DNA of 32,287 nt from Octopus bimaculoides. Its lineage: Eukaryota. Made by a program: the position numbers and the translations under genes. Location of the stretch: positions 74,761,374 through 74,793,660 of the forward strand of contig NC_068982.1 in assembly GCF_001194135.2 (NCBI RefSeq), written 5' to 3'. Below the pieces are notes generated by a model. It was not told the origin of the DNA. It saw only the letters and a program-made list of their open reading frames with translations, and ran no database searches. Below, in pieces: positions 32,171-32,287 of the stretch; the stretch's first letter is position 1, and each line of letters begins with the position of its first letter.

Positions 32171-32287
32171 TCTATATGTACCCCACACTCTCCAGCCGGA
32201 TACCTCATATCACCTCATGCGTCATACCACCTTGATTGCCTCCCTTTTACTCAGTGATACCAACCTATACATACTGTGTTGCATTAG

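Overview
AT-rich, repeat-dense eukaryotic DNA from a gapped draft assembly (5 N-runs). The SINE/RTE repertoire, heavy microsatellite load and an invertebrate-code nd4 NUMT suggest an octopus/coleoid cephalopod; this is inference from recalled repeat families, not a database result. No complete protein-coding gene is present, and most listed ORFs are microsatellite, gap or retroelement artefacts. A CpG-rich promoter-like region at ~200-810 (TATA/MEF2, CArG, two TCACGTGA boxes) may be bidirectional. The rest looks like introns with a few candidate small + strand exons, filled with RTE, R4/Dong-like, HERO-like and CR1/Zenon-like LINE fragments, at least four tRNA-SINE families, and hAT- and piggyBac-type MITEs. 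The most notable signals are two hammerhead ribozyme motifs on the minus strand ~430 bp apart in a Penelope-like remnant. One is a type I motif with a palindromic stem III (29754-29814). The other has its three junction strands in a non-circularly permuted order (29261-29322). Also of note are a decayed nd4 NUMT, a young inverted SINE pair and a ~75-nt near-perfect hairpin. All folds, translations and identities were done by eye; repeat boundaries are approximate unless a TSD or TIR is quoted.
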